DNA of 64,000 nucleotides. Origin: Thermodesulfobacteriota bacterium. Its GTDB lineage: Bacteria > Desulfobacterota > Desulfarculia > JACQYL01. Location of the stretch: assembly GCA_963675595.2 (NCBI GenBank), contig CAXXLZ010000002.1, forward strand, positions 3,040,001 through 3,104,000. Reading direction: 5' to 3'. A model generated the notes under the pieces. It saw nothing but the letters and a program-made list of their open reading frames with translations. It ran no database searches and was not told where the DNA came from. Each line of letters begins with the position of its first letter. Position 1 is the stretch's first letter. The position numbers and the translations under genes are program-made. Below are positions 42,724 to 52,835 of this stretch, in pieces.

Positions 42724-42897
42724 GATACATCCTCCTTTCGCCTCGGAGAACCGGCGACTTCGATATGGACCGTCGCCGGATCTTCCGGCCGGGCTCATTC
42801 CTTGCCCACCTGCTTATATAGACCGTTCAAAGGAGGATGCGGTTAAAGGATTCGCATTCCAGAAAGGAAGCGACACCGAATGCTTCGTAGGCCGTCG

Positions 42898-43314
42898 TCA
42901 GGATTCGGTTTTCAGGTAGGCAATCTCAAGCGGAACGACGTGGAGGCTGTTGGAGAGGATCCGAGTGGGACCCAGTTTCCAGTCCTTGAGCTGCATTTGA
43001 CCGTTCAGCAATTCCTGAACCTCCGACACAAAGCCTTTCACATTGATCACGGGGTGGCGGGTAAATACTTGCGTTAGTCCGAAAGTCAAACTGCAGGCAA
43101 GGCACTTGCCCGGTCTTTGATGAAGTTCGAAGGCGAAGTTCAGCGTCTTCCTGTCAGGGTCCTCACCCAGGAAAGACACCGAAATATCGTAGGCGCCTTC
43201 GGTTGCATCCCCATAAAGCGCTTCGAAAAATTGGTCGGCTTTCCCGGCGGGGAACAGGCTTTCCAGTGTATTCCGGTTCAGAAGTCCTTCCAATTCGGTC
43301 ATATTGACGGTCAT
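42898..43314 (-). CDS. Conserved hypothetical CxxC protein of Desulfobacterota type
   Basis: FFEALYGD..EGAYDI, RPGKCLACSLTFGL..VFTRHPVI; family recognised from memory. Confidence 0.7.
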   Translation of the reverse strand: MTVNMTELEGLLNRNTLESLFPAGKADQFFEALYGDATEGAYDISVSFLGEDPDRKTLNFAFELHQRPGKCLACSLTFGLTQVFTRHPVINVKGFVSEVQELLNGQMQLKDWKLGPTRILSNSLHVVPLEIAYLKTES

Positions 43315-43582
43315 GCGTTCACCTGTTTAATCGTTTGAGATTATTTTTCACAGCGGTTGGTTCCCTCGCGCTCGATCGCGGTTCGCCCATTGAGCCGTCG
43401 GGCTTCGATCGTTTGGGTTCCGGCAGTTTACCGATTCACCTTATTTCGGTTCAACTTCTTTTCTTCACCATTCTTCGTCCAGGTTTATGATCGCTTGCGC
43501 GTAATGCGAGACCGTGCATAATGGTCGGTTCACCCGGGGGCCGAAAATCCCCCTCCAACGAATTCCGCCGGGAGAAGATCGG

Positions 43583-44497
43583 ATGCTCGGAAAAAGAGAC
43601 TTGATCCTGCTGACCACCGTGTACGCGACCATGGCTGTCGGTATCGCCTTTCCCGGGTCGGGACGCCTTTTCCAGCCCTATCTCACCCTGATGATCATGA
43701 TCTTCCTGTTCCTCAGTTTTCTAAACATACGCATTACCGCGGTGTGGAAGGCCATTCGCTCTTCCTGGTCCTTCGTTCTCTACCTTACCTTTCTCAAAAT
43801 GGTCGTGCTGCCCATTTCCGTCTGGTGGGTCTTCTCCTTATTGCTTCCTGAATACGCATTGTCCGCCCTTTTGCTGGCCGGGGTGTCCACCGGTGTGGTG
43901 GCACCGTTCATTTCCGGCCTGGTTCGCGCCAACAGCCCCCTGGTACTAGTCCTTGTAGTGATTACGTCCCTCATGGCCCCCTTTTCGCTTCCGTTTCTCG
44001 TAAACCTGCTTTCAGGCCAATCTCTGAACATTTCCGTGGGATCCATGATCCGAATGCTGGCCACCGTGGTGCTGGTGCCGTTGGTCATGGTGGAACTCCT
44101 GGACTGGAAATTCTCACGAATGCTCGATCGAATCCGCAACCGTCGGTTTCCACTCACGGTCGGTTTTCTGGCCGTGGTGAACCTTGCGGTATTTTCCAAG
44201 TATTCTCAGTTTTTCAGAAACCAGCCCGCCACCATCCTTACGGCCACGTTGGTGGCATTTCTGCTGGCGGCGCTCTTTCTGGTCTTGGGCTTGGTTACGC
44301 TTTGGAAGGCGGATTTGGAGGATCAGTTGGCGTCCGCCATCGGCATGGCCAACATGAACAACGTGCTGGTGCTGGTCTTCGCGTCCCGGTTTTTCGGGCC
44401 GTTGGAGCCCACGGTTGCCGCGATGTACCTCATACCTTTCTATTTCGTCATTGTTCCGCTGCGGGCGTTCCGAGTCCGGCGGGAGAGAAGCCGATAA
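43583..44497 (+). CDS. Bile acid:Na+ symporter (BASS/SBF)-like transporter
   Basis: About 9-10 TM helices, LKMVVLP, STG and N-N motifs. Confidence 0.75.
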   Translation: MLGKRDLILLTTVYATMAVGIAFPGSGRLFQPYLTLMIMIFLFLSFLNIRITAVWKAIRSSWSFVLYLTFLKMVVLPISVWWVFSLLLPEYALSALLLAGVSTGVVAPFISGLVRANSPLVLVLVVITSLMAPFSLPFLVNLLSGQSLNISVGSMIRMLATVVLVPLVMVELLDWKFSRMLDRIRNRRFPLTVGFLAVVNLAVFSKYSQFFRNQPATILTATLVAFLLAALFLVLGLVTLWKADLEDQLASAIGMANMNNVLVLVFASRFFGPLEPTVAAMYLIPFYFVIVPLRAFRVRRERSR

Positions 44498-44655
44498 ATT
44501 CCTTTCGGCGGAAGGAATCTTCGGGTGCGGACCCGGGGAGCAAGGCTCGAGCCGCTCGTGGCCGCGGTACCAATCGCTTTGAAGGTGAGAAAAAAACCGA
44601 GGGAAACGGACAAGCGTTTCCCTCGAGAGTCAACGAAGGTATCGGCAAGCGAGGA

Positions 44656-46506
44656 TCAGGCGCAGTGGGCCAACCGATCCGTGTTGTGGTGCCTCAAAAA
44701 GGCCTCTAAGCCCTCCTTACCCATATATCTCCCCAATATTCTGCGATCCGATTCCCGAAGATCCACGAGAATCAGCGCGTCGAGCACGTCGCTGAAATCC
44801 GGATCCACATTGTAGCCGACAAACTTGCCGCCCAAGTTCACGTAATGTTTAAACAGAATGGGGATTCCCTTGTGGTCTCTTTCAATGTCGGAAACCAATT
44901 CGGAAAGATCCCGAATGTCTTTGAGCAAGCTCACGGCCGTTTTGAGTTCATCTTTCCGAATGATTTTCTTTTTCAAAGGATTACGCGGCTTGACAAGCCT
45001 GGCAAGGTCGGTTCGGTGATTATTCTGTCTGAAGAACGCCACGATGATTTGGCGGGAAAGAGAGTGATACTTGTTGTTCAGACTTACCGGCCCGAACAAC
45101 ATTCGGTATCTGGGGTTCGATGCGACAAAAGAAGCGATGCCTTTCCACAAAAGCATGAAAGGCTCGACATTCCCCTGATATTCCGGTCTCACGAAAAATC
45201 GTCCGAGCTCGATGGCCGGGTCGATTTCCTCTATGAATTTCCACTTATACTGAAACAAGGTGTGGGTGTAGAGACCGGAGAGCCCGTGGGCCCGCTGAAT
45301 CTCGTCGGTGAGTCCCAGACGATAGGCTCCGCAAACCTCATGGGCGGCTTTGTTCCAGACGAAAAGATGAAGATAGTGATCGTCGAAACGGTCGAGGTCC
45401 GTGGATCGACCGGTGCCTTCACCCACTTGGCGGAAGGAGATTTCTCTCAAGCGTCCGATTTCTCTTAATACGCCGGGGATTTGCTGTTTCTTGGCGTAAA
45501 ATACGGCGCACCTTCGGCTTTCGGCGAGAAGCTGGCGGCCGGGCAAGGACCGTACCTCCCGGGCCAAGGCGTCCGAGTTGCCCTGCGGAGCGATCGGTTG
45601 CGGTTCTTTGGACGCCGGCGGCTTGGGAATCAGGGTGGGCCGTTTGAAGCCGGTCGGCTCATGCTTACCCATCACGTAAGTGCGTAACCGGAGGTAGTCC
45701 ACCATCTCCTCACTGGAAGAAAAGCGACTCAGGCGCTCATGGGGGATCAGGTCTCCAATATCTACCTTTACCTTTTTGTTGATCTTTTTGAGTACTTCTC
45801 TGGGCAGCATGCCGGTTCTAAGCCGAGGGTGCACCAATCCCGAAAGATGAAACAGCAGACTGTTGCAGCCGGAAAAGAACATGGGAAGAACCGAAGCCTT
45901 GGTCTTCTTAACGAGTCTCGCTACGGTAGTGTCCCATTGCGGATCGGAAATCCTCCGGCTGCGCAATTGGAGATGGGAAACCTCTCCCGCGGGAAAGACG
46001 CCGAGCATTCCGCCTCGGCGGACCCATTGGATGGTTTCTCTCAAAGGGCCGATGTTGGACCGGATGGAATCCGTCCCGCCGAATGGGTCCACCAGCATGA
46101 ATCGATCTCGAAGCGCCGGGAATATTCCTAATAGGTAGTTGGCCATGACCTTTACGTCGGGGCGAACCGAAAGCAGGATGGAATTCATAATGATGCCGTC
46201 GATGGCCCCGAAAGGATGGTTCGACACAACGATCACCGGACCTTGCACGGGAATCTTCTCACGGTCGGAGTTGGAGAGTTCGTAGCTGATGTTCAGGACA
46301 TCCAGCACTTTGTCGACGAATGAGGCGTCGCCCTCTTTGGTGGATGCCGCGGCGTAAATCTCGTTAAGCTCCCTGAAATGCAGGAAGCGCTCCAAAGCCC
46401 CTCTCGTCAGCATGAACAATCCGTTGAGCAGGGGATTGCCCACGGTGATATCAAGCTTAAGGGGGTTGGAGTCCGAAGGAGCAAAATCGTTCATCCTTCC
46501 CTCCAT
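44656..46506 (-). CDS. Fused lysophospholipid acyltransferase + GNAT N-acyltransferase (OlsF-like amino-lipid synthase)
   Basis: NHPFGAID and FPAG in the N-terminal half; IGRLREISFR..GEG, DLDRFD, GAYR, ELGR, LLWKGI in the C-terminal half. Confidence 0.8.
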   Translation of the reverse strand: MEGRMNDFAPSDSNPLKLDITVGNPLLNGLFMLTRGALERFLHFRELNEIYAAASTKEGDASFVDKVLDVLNISYELSNSDREKIPVQGPVIVVSNHPFGAIDGIIMNSILLSVRPDVKVMANYLLGIFPALRDRFMLVDPFGGTDSIRSNIGPLRETIQWVRRGGMLGVFPAGEVSHLQLRSRRISDPQWDTTVARLVKKTKASVLPMFFSGCNSLLFHLSGLVHPRLRTGMLPREVLKKINKKVKVDIGDLIPHERLSRFSSSEEMVDYLRLRTYVMGKHEPTGFKRPTLIPKPPASKEPQPIAPQGNSDALAREVRSLPGRQLLAESRRCAVFYAKKQQIPGVLREIGRLREISFRQVGEGTGRSTDLDRFDDHYLHLFVWNKAAHEVCGAYRLGLTDEIQRAHGLSGLYTHTLFQYKWKFIEEIDPAIELGRFFVRPEYQGNVEPFMLLWKGIASFVASNPRYRMLFGPVSLNNKYHSLSRQIIVAFFRQNNHRTDLARLVKPRNPLKKKIIRKDELKTAVSLLKDIRDLSELVSDIERDHKGIPILFKHYVNLGGKFVGYNVDPDFSDVLDALILVDLRESDRRILGRYMGKEGLEAFLRHHNTDRLAHCA

Positions 46507-46964
46507 TAGTCTTTCGGATTAAATAAATGCCCCTTATTTAATTCCGGTCTCGTTTCTATGAATACAATGTGAATCTTCTGTGAAGTCGGTGGGGTGACTG
46601 ATTTCCGATACAAAATGTACGTCGCCGGGAGGTCCTGCGGAGCTTGAGATGAACTTCTTTTCGAAGGGGACGGCAGTAGGTTCGGGGGCCTGATAACGGG
46701 AAAAGTCCGGGCGGGTACGATCGCTCGTCCGCCGTTTCTCCCCTTATTCTTGACAGGAAAATCCATTCCGTCACAAGTCCATGCGAACGGATTCGCCCTT
46801 TATGGTGCTATGATGATTGCCAAACGATTTCAGTAGGATACCGGGTCAGGGGGAACAGAGAATCGAGGGATGTCGGAGCGGTCTGCAACGGGAACCACGA
46901 AGAACCATGGTCCGCAGTCGGAAGAAGAAGGAGGGAAGGACTTTTCCTTCCCTCCGGGAGACGG

Positions 46965-47588
46965 CTAGCGAATAACGAATTCGTCTCTTCGGTTCTTGGC
47001 CCAAGCTTCTTCGTCGTGACCAGGATCCACGGGGCGTTCTTTTCCGTAAGAAACAGTGTCGATTCTCGCAGCATCGACGCCGATGTTTGCGAGGTAGTTC
47101 CTCGCCGCTTCGGCCCTACGTTGCCCAAGGGCCAAGTTGTATTCAACGCTTCCTCGTTCGTCGCAGTGGCCTTCGATGAGGAGTTTCATATCTTTGTTCA
47201 CGGAAGTCATATAATAGGCCTTCTGCAAAAGAGTCGCTTTGGAGGCGCCGGTAAGAACCGCGGAATCGAAAGCGAAGTAGACCTTATCCTGCTCGAAGCG
47301 CTCCTTTTGTTCCCGGGCGGTCATCGTCGCCATTTCCTGGGCGGTTTGAGCTCTCAAGGCCGCCATTTCCTTTTCCCGTTCGGCCGCCCAATCCTTTTCC
47401 CTTTCGACTTCGGTGGAGATAATTCGGTCTTCCTTGGACAGGTCGGCGTTTTCAGGATAAACCGGGCCCTTCATGCCGGGTTGCTCGGGGGATTCCCGCA
47501 ACCCTTCCTTGGTACATGAAACCAACAAAGCCGTGCTACAAACGAATACCAAAAAAATAAAGCAGACCGTGCGACACCTCTCCCACAT
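46965..47588 (-). CDS. pal: Peptidoglycan-associated lipoprotein
   Basis: Lipobox [45 protein letters not shown]. Confidence 0.9.
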   Translation of the reverse strand: MWERCRTVCFIFLVFVCSTALLVSCTKEGLRESPEQPGMKGPVYPENADLSKEDRIISTEVEREKDWAAEREKEMAALRAQTAQEMATMTAREQKERFEQDKVYFAFDSAVLTGASKATLLQKAYYMTSVNKDMKLLIEGHCDERGSVEYNLALGQRRAEAARNYLANIGVDAARIDTVSYGKERPVDPGHDEEAWAKNRRDEFVIR

Positions 47589-47606
47589 GCTCGTCTCCTC
47601 CTTGTT

Positions 47607-47627
47607 CAGGGTACAGGGTACAGGGTA
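47607..47627. repeat. (CAGGGTA)x3 tandem repeat just upstream of the pal RBS
   Basis: Seen directly in the sequence. Confidence 0.7.
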
Positions 47628-47988
47628 CTGGAACCACGGTTTGGATGGCGGATATGATTCGAAGGCCTATATTTCGGCTCGTTCAAGAGTGATGGGTTGT
47701 GAGCGCGACCATGAATCGGTAGTCTCGCACAACAAACCGACCCAATAATAGGGTTCATCCCTAATATCAAGCGCTTTCCGTTTACAGGGAATCCGGGTGC
47801 GTGTCAATGTGTTTTGAAGATTCGGGATACGGACGAAGATTATGGGAATCCGGTTTTCCAGGGTCATCATAGGGAGTCCCGGTAAATCGGTCGCCTGCGG
47901 GGAGAGGTTCGGGAATCCACCCTCAAGTACGAACCGGTCGTCTTCAAGGGCGGATTCAAAAACGCGTCCGGGACGGGATGTCCCGGGG

Positions 47989-48417
47989 CTAAAGCTGGTA
48001 CAGCTCTTCCCCACATAGGTGGAACCAGTTTTCTCCGAGAAGCTCCACGGATTTTTTCACGTCCGGTACTCCAAGAACCGCTATCCGGCTTCCCGTAGCG
48101 GACCATAAGCCATAAACATGAGCCACGTTGACTCCGGCATCGGCCAAGGGCTTGAGCACAGCGTACAGACTCCCCGGGTGGTCGGGGAGGCGGACGGCGA
48201 TCACTTGCTTTTCTTCGACGGTAAATCCTAAGCCTTCCAGAATATTGCGGCTCTTCTCGGGATCGTTGGTCATCAAACGCACCGTGCCTGTTTGGGCGGT
48301 TGTTTCCGCCGACAACCCCAGAACGAAAACCCCATTGTCATGCAGCAAACCGATGATTTCCGCGGCTTTGCCCGGGGCGTTTTCGGTCGTCACCGTTATT
48401 TCTTTCACCGACGCCAT
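47989..48417 (-). CDS. Tandem ACT-domain protein
   Basis: ENAPG and DHPGSL loops; two beta-alpha-beta-beta-alpha-beta units. Confidence 0.85.
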   Translation of the reverse strand: MASVKEITVTTENAPGKAAEIIGLLHDNGVFVLGLSAETTAQTGTVRLMTNDPEKSRNILEGLGFTVEEKQVIAVRLPDHPGSLYAVLKPLADAGVNVAHVYGLWSATGSRIAVLGVPDVKKSVELLGENWFHLCGEELYQL

Positions 48418-48424
48418 GATTTCC

Positions 48425-48967
48425 TCACTTTCCTTCGACGTATTCCATTCCCCGGATCAGAGCCTTCACGTTGCTGTCGAGCACCTTCTCTCCCTTGGCC
48501 GCAAAAATTTCGGCCAATGCCTCTTTGGCGGAGTCGAGGGAGACGGCACCGGTCTTTTTGATCACGGCTCCGAGCATGATCATGTTGAGAGCACGATCGT
48601 TGCCTGTTTCGTGGGCCAGCGTATTGCAGGGCACCTGGATCAACTCGAAGTCTTTTCTTCCGGGCAGTTCCGAAATCAAGTCGGAGTTGAGAAACATCAT
48701 TCCGCCGGATCGCACGGAGCTCTGGAACTTCAGCAAGGAAGGATAATTCATGACGACCGCCGCATCCGGCGACGATGCGACCGGTGAGGCGATTTCGTCG
48801 GAAGACACCACCACGGTGCAGTTGGCGGTACCGCCTCGGACCTCGGCGCCATAAGCCGGCATATAAGTCACGTGGCGGCCTTCCCGCATGGCCGACATGG
48901 CGAAGACGTAACCCATCATCAGTACGCCTTGGCCGCCGAATCCCGCAAAAACCGATCTAACTAACAT
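48425..48967 (-). CDS. 2-oxoacid:ferredoxin oxidoreductase gamma subunit
   Basis: [22 protein letters not shown]. Confidence 0.92.
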   Translation of the reverse strand: MLVRSVFAGFGGQGVLMMGYVFAMSAMREGRHVTYMPAYGAEVRGGTANCTVVVSSDEIASPVASSPDAAVVMNYPSLLKFQSSVRSGGMMFLNSDLISELPGRKDFELIQVPCNTLAHETGNDRALNMIMLGAVIKKTGAVSLDSAKEALAEIFAAKGEKVLDSNVKALIRGMEYVEGK

Positions 48968-49694
48968 CGCGGATCACCTTAAGAGGAAAAGTCTGGGTCA
49001 TCACCTCATCCACCCATTTCACGGCTTGGACAGGGGACATTTTCCAGTTCGTGGGGCAGGGACTCAAGATTTCGACCATGGAAAAACCAAGGTCGTCCAT
49101 TTGCGTCTGGAAGGCCTTCTTAATCGCCTTTTTTGCCCGGTTGATATTCTTGGGAGTAGTCACCGCGCATCGCTCGATGTAGGCCGCTCCCTGAGCGACG
49201 GCCAGCATCTCGCTCAGGTTTACCGGATTCCCGTCCCTGAGAGGAGTTCGCCCGCCGGGGGAAGTGGTGGTGGCCTGCCCGACAACCGTGGTGGGCGCCA
49301 TCTGACCGCCGGTCATTCCGTAGACGGCGTTGTTCACGAAGATCGCAGTGATTCGTTCGCCTCGATTGGCCACGTGAATCGATTCCGCCGTACCGATGGC
49401 GGCGATGTCGCCGTCGCCCTGATACGTGAATACGACCCGATCGGGAAGAACCCGCTTGATCCCGGTGGCAACCGCGGTGGCCCTCCCGTGCGGGGCCTCT
49501 CCCATGTCCACGTCGAAATAATTGTAGGCCAGCACGGCACAACCCGCGGGCGGAACACCGATGCAGCGTTCACGGATCCCCAATTCGTCGATCACCTCCG
49601 CCACCAACCGGTGGATGATACTGTGACCGCAGCCGGGGCAGTAGTGAAACACCGCGGGTTTGAGCGATTCAGGCCTCTGGAATATCTTCTTCAA
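48957..49694 (-). CDS. 2-oxoacid:ferredoxin oxidoreductase beta (TPP-binding) subunit, VOR-type
   Basis: YCPGCGH, HGRA, GDGD...NN, YGMTGGQ, SPCPTNW. Confidence 0.92.
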   Translation of the reverse strand: MKKIFQRPESLKPAVFHYCPGCGHSIIHRLVAEVIDELGIRERCIGVPPAGCAVLAYNYFDVDMGEAPHGRATAVATGIKRVLPDRVVFTYQGDGDIAAIGTAESIHVANRGERITAIFVNNAVYGMTGGQMAPTTVVGQATTTSPGGRTPLRDGNPVNLSEMLAVAQGAAYIERCAVTTPKNINRAKKAIKKAFQTQMDDLGFSMVEILSPCPTNWKMSPVQAVKWVDEVMTQTFPLKVIRDVS

Positions 49695-49833
49695 AGCGGC
49701 CTCTCCTTCGTGGTTCGTTGGGCTGGAGCCGTGATCGAAACCGACCCTTCAAACGGGTCCGGCATCGCGTTCGCCCTGGCAATCAGGCTCCCCAAGGCCG
49801 GAGGCGTCTTTCGTCCGGCCCGACAGACAAATT

Positions 49834-50922
49834 TCAGGCCCCGCATGCCTTCGAGGACCCGGCCGCGTGCAAATGGCTCGACAGCACGTGCGCGATTTCT
49901 TCCGGAGTGGACACGATTCCACCTGGGCGGCCGTAGAATTTCACCTGGGCGGCGTCTCCAAGGCAGAGACGAACGTCTTCCACCATTTGCCCCGTCGACA
50001 TCTCGAAAACGGTGAACACACTCACTCGTCGAGAGAGTTCCTTCAGAGCAACGCAAGGAAACGGCCAAAGGGTGATCGGCCTGAAAAGACCCGCCTTGAT
50101 TCCCTGCTTTCTCAACCGGTTCACGGCACCTTTGGCAATGCGCGCGGCCGTACCATAAGCCGCGACCACGATGTCGGCGTCCTCGGTCAGGTAGGATTCG
50201 GAAGCCTGTTCCTTTTCCGTGATGACCTCGTACTTACGGTACAGCTTCCAGTTATGTTCTTCTTCCCTGCGAGGATCCAAAAGGAGGGAAAGAATGAACC
50301 GGCTGGGACGTCCGGCGGCGCCGGTGAGCGTCCATTGCTTCGGAGGCAGGGATTTCGGATCGATGGGTTCGGGAAAGATCACCGGTTCCATCATTTGTCC
50401 CATGAGCCCGTCTCCGAGGATCATTACGGGGGTTCGATAACAGTCCGCCAAGTCGAAGGCCTTGCGAGTCAAGTCCGCGATTTCCTGGCCCGAGGCGGGT
50501 GCCAAAACGATGGTTCGGTAATCTCCGTGACCGCCGCCGCGGGTGGCCTGGAAATAGTCCGATTGACTGGGCGCGATGTTCCCCAATCCGGGTCCGCCCC
50601 GCATCATGTTGACGATGACCGCCGGCAGCTCCATGGCTGCCAGGTAGGAAATGCCTTCCTGTTTGAGACTGATGCCCGGGCTCGAGGAGGAAGTCATGAC
50701 CCGCCCTCCGGCCATGCTGGCACCCATGACCAGATTAATGGAAGCCAGTTCGCTTTCCGCCTGCACAAAAACGCCGTCGGGCATGGCTGCGAACTGCGTG
50801 GCCATGTATTCGGGCAACTCGTTCTGCGGGGTGATGGGGTAACCGAAATAGTAGCGGCAGCCGGCGCGAATGGCGGCCTCCCCCACTACATGGCTTCCCC
50901 TCATGAGTCTTTTGTCAGTCAC
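49834..50922 (-). CDS. 2-oxoacid:ferredoxin oxidoreductase alpha subunit (2-ketoisovalerate VorB-like)
   Basis: GYPITPQ, QAESE, TSSSSPG, RGGPGLG, RGGGHGDY; GTG start at 50922. Confidence 0.92.
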   Translation of the reverse strand: MTDKRLMRGSHVVGEAAIRAGCRYYFGYPITPQNELPEYMATQFAAMPDGVFVQAESELASINLVMGASMAGGRVMTSSSSPGISLKQEGISYLAAMELPAVIVNMMRGGPGLGNIAPSQSDYFQATRGGGHGDYRTIVLAPASGQEIADLTRKAFDLADCYRTPVMILGDGLMGQMMEPVIFPEPIDPKSLPPKQWTLTGAAGRPSRFILSLLLDPRREEEHNWKLYRKYEVITEKEQASESYLTEDADIVVAAYGTAARIAKGAVNRLRKQGIKAGLFRPITLWPFPCVALKELSRRVSVFTVFEMSTGQMVEDVRLCLGDAAQVKFYGRPGGIVSTPEEIAHVLSSHLHAAGSSKACGA

Positions 50923-51145
50923 GGTACACCTCGATGGCGATGTCCGGGCAGGTTGTTGCGCACAAGGTACAGGCCGTGCACTGTCTTTGCGATGGATCGG
51001 CGATGTCTTCCTCAACATAACAGGCCGGAAAATATCCCATGCGATTGAGCTGCCCCGAAACCTGGATGACCTGCTTGGGGCATACCTCTACGCAAAGCAG
51101 GCACCCCTTGCACAGTTCCCGGTTGATGACGATGTGTCCTTTCAA
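50915..51145 (-). CDS. 2x[4Fe-4S] ferredoxin (delta subunit)
   Basis: CKGCLLCVEVCP and CTACTLCATTCP. Confidence 0.92.
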   Translation of the reverse strand: MKGHIVINRELCKGCLLCVEVCPKQVIQVSGQLNRMGYFPACYVEEDIADPSQRQCTACTLCATTCPDIAIEVYRD

Positions 51146-51307
51146 AACATGTTCCTCACAATTGGGTTGGGATCAGGCGCACATGAATCCCGGAAAGGAG
51201 CCGACCTTTAGTCGGTCCTTACCTTCCAGAGAATTCAGTCTCGCTATCAGACTGCGGACGCTTGTGTCAACGGATTTTTTTCCAACAGGCCCAAACCCGC
51301 CGTCCCG

Positions 51308-52744
51308 TCAGTCTTCATCGGACAGCAGCAGGAAGACGGGAGTAAACTTCGCGGCATCGTTCGGGGAGGGAGCGGACATCGGCTCAAGACAGGAGGCGAA
51401 CGTCCCCGCAGTCAAGTTTCCAATGTAATCGCGTACCCGCTGGTGAAACTCCATGTCCACGTTTGCGTAACCGCCGCAAAGGTGACAGTAACTCATGATG
51501 GTTCCCCTGGAACACTCCTCGGGTCCGTCGTAACAGGATTCTTCGTTGTAGCAGGTATCGATGGGCGGCGTATAGCAATGGGTGTGCGCGGAGCCGAAGT
51601 TGTGGCCGATTTCGTGGGAAACGGCGAGCAGGTCCCAGACGGTTGCCGGATTGGAGAAGTCGGCATCGCCGTCGATGTTTCCCACGACGCCGTAACACCA
51701 GTAAGTAGAGCAGACGGCGCCGATATAGGCGATGCCTCCTCCCAGTTTGCGTCCGGACAGCATGTGGGCGATGTCTCTTTCCACGCCGGTCATGGAGCCG
51801 TTCCAATAGTTCTGGAATTCCGTCAAAGCGCCGTAACCGCTCGTGGCGCCGTAGGGATCCGTATTTGTCGTCCAAATCCGGAGGTAGGCGAGGCGGAGTC
51901 GAACCCCCAGATCCCGCTCATAAATCGCACTTGCAGCGGCCGTCAAATCGCTCGCATACTCCATCGCTTCGTTTTGGGACGCGAACAAAGAGAAGTACTC
52001 ATAGTCCGTCTCGACGGCCAGATCCGCCACAACGCCCGAAGCCGCGGCTCGGATTCCGCCGGTGATGGACTTCGAATCCGACGGAGTGCGTTCTTCAGGG
52101 TCGGTCCCAACCTGCAGCGTGGAAGGATACTCGTGAGCAAGGCAGAGCGGGCGGGAGGGAAAATAGACCGAAGGGTCCACGTCTTCGAGAGCGAACACCC
52201 GGTGTGAGGACGCCTTATGGGATGACGAATTCCGGCCTATCACGAAAGTCCTTCCGTCCATTCCGACAATGCCGGTGAAGGACTCGGGGCCCACGGCGAA
52301 AAACGCGAAACTGTCGGGTTTGCCCGTCGCATGCCCGGTAAAATAACTACGTGAAGGCGGCGTCAAGGCCTTGGTTCCTTCCGGAGTCACGACAACCAAC
52401 TGAGCACCGGGTTTCAGCACGCTGAACCGAGTCAACTCGAAATCCGCTTCTAAATCTTCGGCCAAAGGGACGTTCTTCAAAGTCAGACGCGCCGTTCGAC
52501 CGGATGCCTTCCGATGTAACAACGACAGGTTCGGGGAGAACTCGACCTGGCTTCGGATGCCGTGCACGTGGGTCGTTTTCACCGAACCTTCCCGAATCCA
52601 GGTTTGAGCGGCGGCGTTCTCGACCGTGTCTCCCAACGATGCGACAAGGAGCGACAACGAAACGACGATCATCATCAAGCCTTGAAAACGAGGGGGGATC
52701 TTGCGATTCATCCAAAATTGCGGAGGCTTGCACTGAGGAGCCAC
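51308..52744 (-). CDS. Secreted M12 (reprolysin-like) zinc metalloprotease with pro-domain
   Basis: HEIGHNFGSAH zinc motif, Met-turn TIMSY, signal-like N-terminus; start uncertain. Confidence 0.85.
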   Translation of the reverse strand: MAPQCKPPQFWMNRKIPPRFQGLMMIVVSLSLLVASLGDTVENAAAQTWIREGSVKTTHVHGIRSQVEFSPNLSLLHRKASGRTARLTLKNVPLAEDLEADFELTRFSVLKPGAQLVVVTPEGTKALTPPSRSYFTGHATGKPDSFAFFAVGPESFTGIVGMDGRTFVIGRNSSSHKASSHRVFALEDVDPSVYFPSRPLCLAHEYPSTLQVGTDPEERTPSDSKSITGGIRAAASGVVADLAVETDYEYFSLFASQNEAMEYASDLTAAASAIYERDLGVRLRLAYLRIWTTNTDPYGATSGYGALTEFQNYWNGSMTGVERDIAHMLSGRKLGGGIAYIGAVCSTYWCYGVVGNIDGDADFSNPATVWDLLAVSHEIGHNFGSAHTHCYTPPIDTCYNEESCYDGPEECSRGTIMSYCHLCGGYANVDMEFHQRVRDYIGNLTAGTFASCLEPMSAPSPNDAAKFTPVFLLLSDED

Positions 52745-52835
52745 AAAGCAGCCTTCATAGAGTAAGATTGGGGAAAATGATCAAGGGAGCCGACAAGGAC
52801 GGTATCATTTCGGTGAGAACGGGATACCCCGTTCC

